DNA from: an uncultured Gammaproteobacteria bacterium
GTDB taxonomy: Bacteria > Patescibacteriota > Microgenomatia > UBA12405 > JAHJSD01
Length of the DNA: 41,857 nt
NCBI GenBank assembly: GCA_964547295.1
Contig: CAZJMH010000001.1
Span: 1-41,857, forward strand
Direction: 5' to 3'
The notes under the pieces were generated by a model. That model did not search any database. It was given only the letters and a program-made list of their open reading frames with translations, and was not told the origin of the DNA. Made by a program: the position numbers and the translations under genes. Of the stretch, positions 41,094-41,857 are shown piece by piece (position 1 is the stretch's first letter; each line of letters begins with the position of its first letter).

Positions 41094-41590
41094 TGTATAC
41101 CGATAAAGTTTTAGACCATTTCCAGAATCCTAAAAATTACGGTGAAATAAAAAGGCCGGATGGTATTGGTAAAGTTGGCAATATTATCTGCGGTGATGTG
41201 ATGTGGCTTTATATCAAAGTTGGTAAGAATAAAGCAGGCGAGGAAATTATTGACGATATTAAGTTTAAAACCTTTGGCTGTGCGGCGGCAATTGCTACCA
41301 GCAGTATGGTTACTGAGTTAGCTAAAGGAAAAACTTTAAAGGATGGCCTAAAAATTGATAAGCAAGAGATTATTTCCAGCTTAGGCGATTTGCCGCCAGT
41401 GAAAATTCACTGTTCTGTATTAGCATCAGACGCCTTAGTGGAAGCGATATATGATTATTTGTCAAAAAAAGATCGCCATATTCCGGAAAGTTTGCAACAT
41501 CGTCATCAGCGAATACAAAAAGAAAAAGATATTATTGAAGAAAAATACGGTCAGTGGCAGGAGGGAGGTGAATCTAATGGCCCCAATTAA
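41093..41590 (+). CDS. nifU: Fe-S cluster assembly scaffold, IscU/NifU N-terminal type (165 aa)
   Basis: Three conserved Cys contexts are present: GNIICGDVM, FKTFGCAAAIATSS, IHCSVLASDAL. The ATG overlaps the nifS stop (TAATG). Confidence 0.9.
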   Translation: MYTDKVLDHFQNPKNYGEIKRPDGIGKVGNIICGDVMWLYIKVGKNKAGEEIIDDIKFKTFGCAAAIATSSMVTELAKGKTLKDGLKIDKQEIISSLGDLPPVKIHCSVLASDALVEAIYDYLSKKDRHIPESLQHRHQRIQKEKDIIEEKYGQWQEGGESNGPN

Positions 41591-41857
41591 ATTAAATAGC
41601 AGTAATTTTAAAGATGAGGTTTTAAATTCAGAAAAGCCGGTTTTAGTAGATTTTTGGGCAGTTTGGTGTGGACCCTGCCGGGTAATGGACCCGATAATCA
41701 AAGAAGTAGCAGAGGAACTGGGGGAAAAAGTGAAAGTCGGCAAATTAAATGTTGATGAAAACCAACAATTAGCAAGTGAATACGAAGTGCAGGCTATTCC
41801 AACGGTAATAATTTTTAAAAACGGTCAGCCGGTAAAACGTTTAATCGGCATCCAGCC
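41577..41857 (+). CDS. trxA: Thioredoxin (3' end outside the window)
   Basis: My own translation from the ATG at 41577 (SD GGAGGTGA) is MAPIKLNSSNFKDEVLNSEKPVLVDFWAVWCGPCRVMDPIIKEVAEELGEKVKVGKLNVDENQQLASEYEVQAIPTVIIFKNGQPV. It carries the WCGPC active site. The gene overlaps the nifU 3' end. Confidence 0.9.
   Translation, partial: MAPIKLNSSNFKDEVLNSEKPVLVDFWAVWCGPCRVMDPIIKEVAEELGEKVKVGKLNVDENQQLASEYEVQAIPTVIIFKNGQPVKRLIGIQ

Noticed and set aside
41462-41743. A minus-strand 93-aa ORF overlaps the nifU 3' end and trx.
   Set aside because: It lies antisense to two genes with clear active-site motifs.
1-41857. The genome might use an alternative genetic code (UGA recoded as Gly or Trp, as in some CPR-related lineages or Mollicutes).
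   Set aside because: TGA functions as the stop at many precisely coupled junctions (ATGA overlaps at rplD/rplW, infA/rpmJ and rpmJ/rpsM, and the stops of rplP, rpsK and others). The resulting proteins have normal lengths, so the standard bacterial code fits.

Overview
This is an AT-rich bacterial window using the standard code, since UGA acts as a stop at many tightly coupled gene junctions. The gene content looks like a reduced-genome Patescibacteria/CPR-type organism: compact proteins, no L30 gene between rpsE and rplO, sortase and MltG envelope genes, and minimal versions of several housekeeping proteins. This placement is an inference from the sequence only. About 12.7-39.4 kb is one co-directional housekeeping supercluster: rpoB-rpoC, rpsL-rpsG, fusA, tuf, the S10 block (rpsJ-rplCDWB-rpsS-rplV-rpsC-rplP-rpmC-rpsQ), the spc block (rplNXE-rpsZ-rpsH-rplFR-rpsE-rplO-secY-adk-map-infA-rpmJ), the alpha block (rpsMKD-rpoA-rplQ) and rplM-rpsI. 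The left 12.6 kb is a mosaic of single genes in mixed orientation. These are a YgjP-like peptidase fragment, a mini-GNAT, a 22-residue tandem-repeat protein, RtcB coupled to a membrane-anchored ORF, an orphan Cas4-like PD-(D/E)XK nuclease, a phosphodiester glycosidase and a CBS-pair protein with an N-terminal HEPN-like RNxxxH domain. They are followed by a minimal alaS, a large envelope protein with a sortase, a zinc-ribbon ORF and mltG. The right end carries a translationally coupled pair on the minus strand (an encapsulated-ferritin-like mini-ferritin and a small Cys-rich protein), divergent from nifS-nifU-trx. I saw no rRNA, tRNA, CRISPR array, transposase or integrase. No clear-cut new multi-gene system is visible. 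The best leads are: (1) the HEPN-like/CBS fusion near RtcB and the orphan nuclease; (2) the orphan EncFtn-like/Cys-rich pair sharing a promoter region with nifSU; (3) an EF-Tu with a non-canonical switch-I/G2 segment; (4) the 22-mer repeat protein; (5) a strong palindromic hairpin oriented against the operon in an unusually long rpsG-fusA spacer; and (6) intergenic spacers built from in-phase tandem heptamers or decamers that duplicate gene 3' ends. All family assignments come from motif recognition by eye, and no searches were run.
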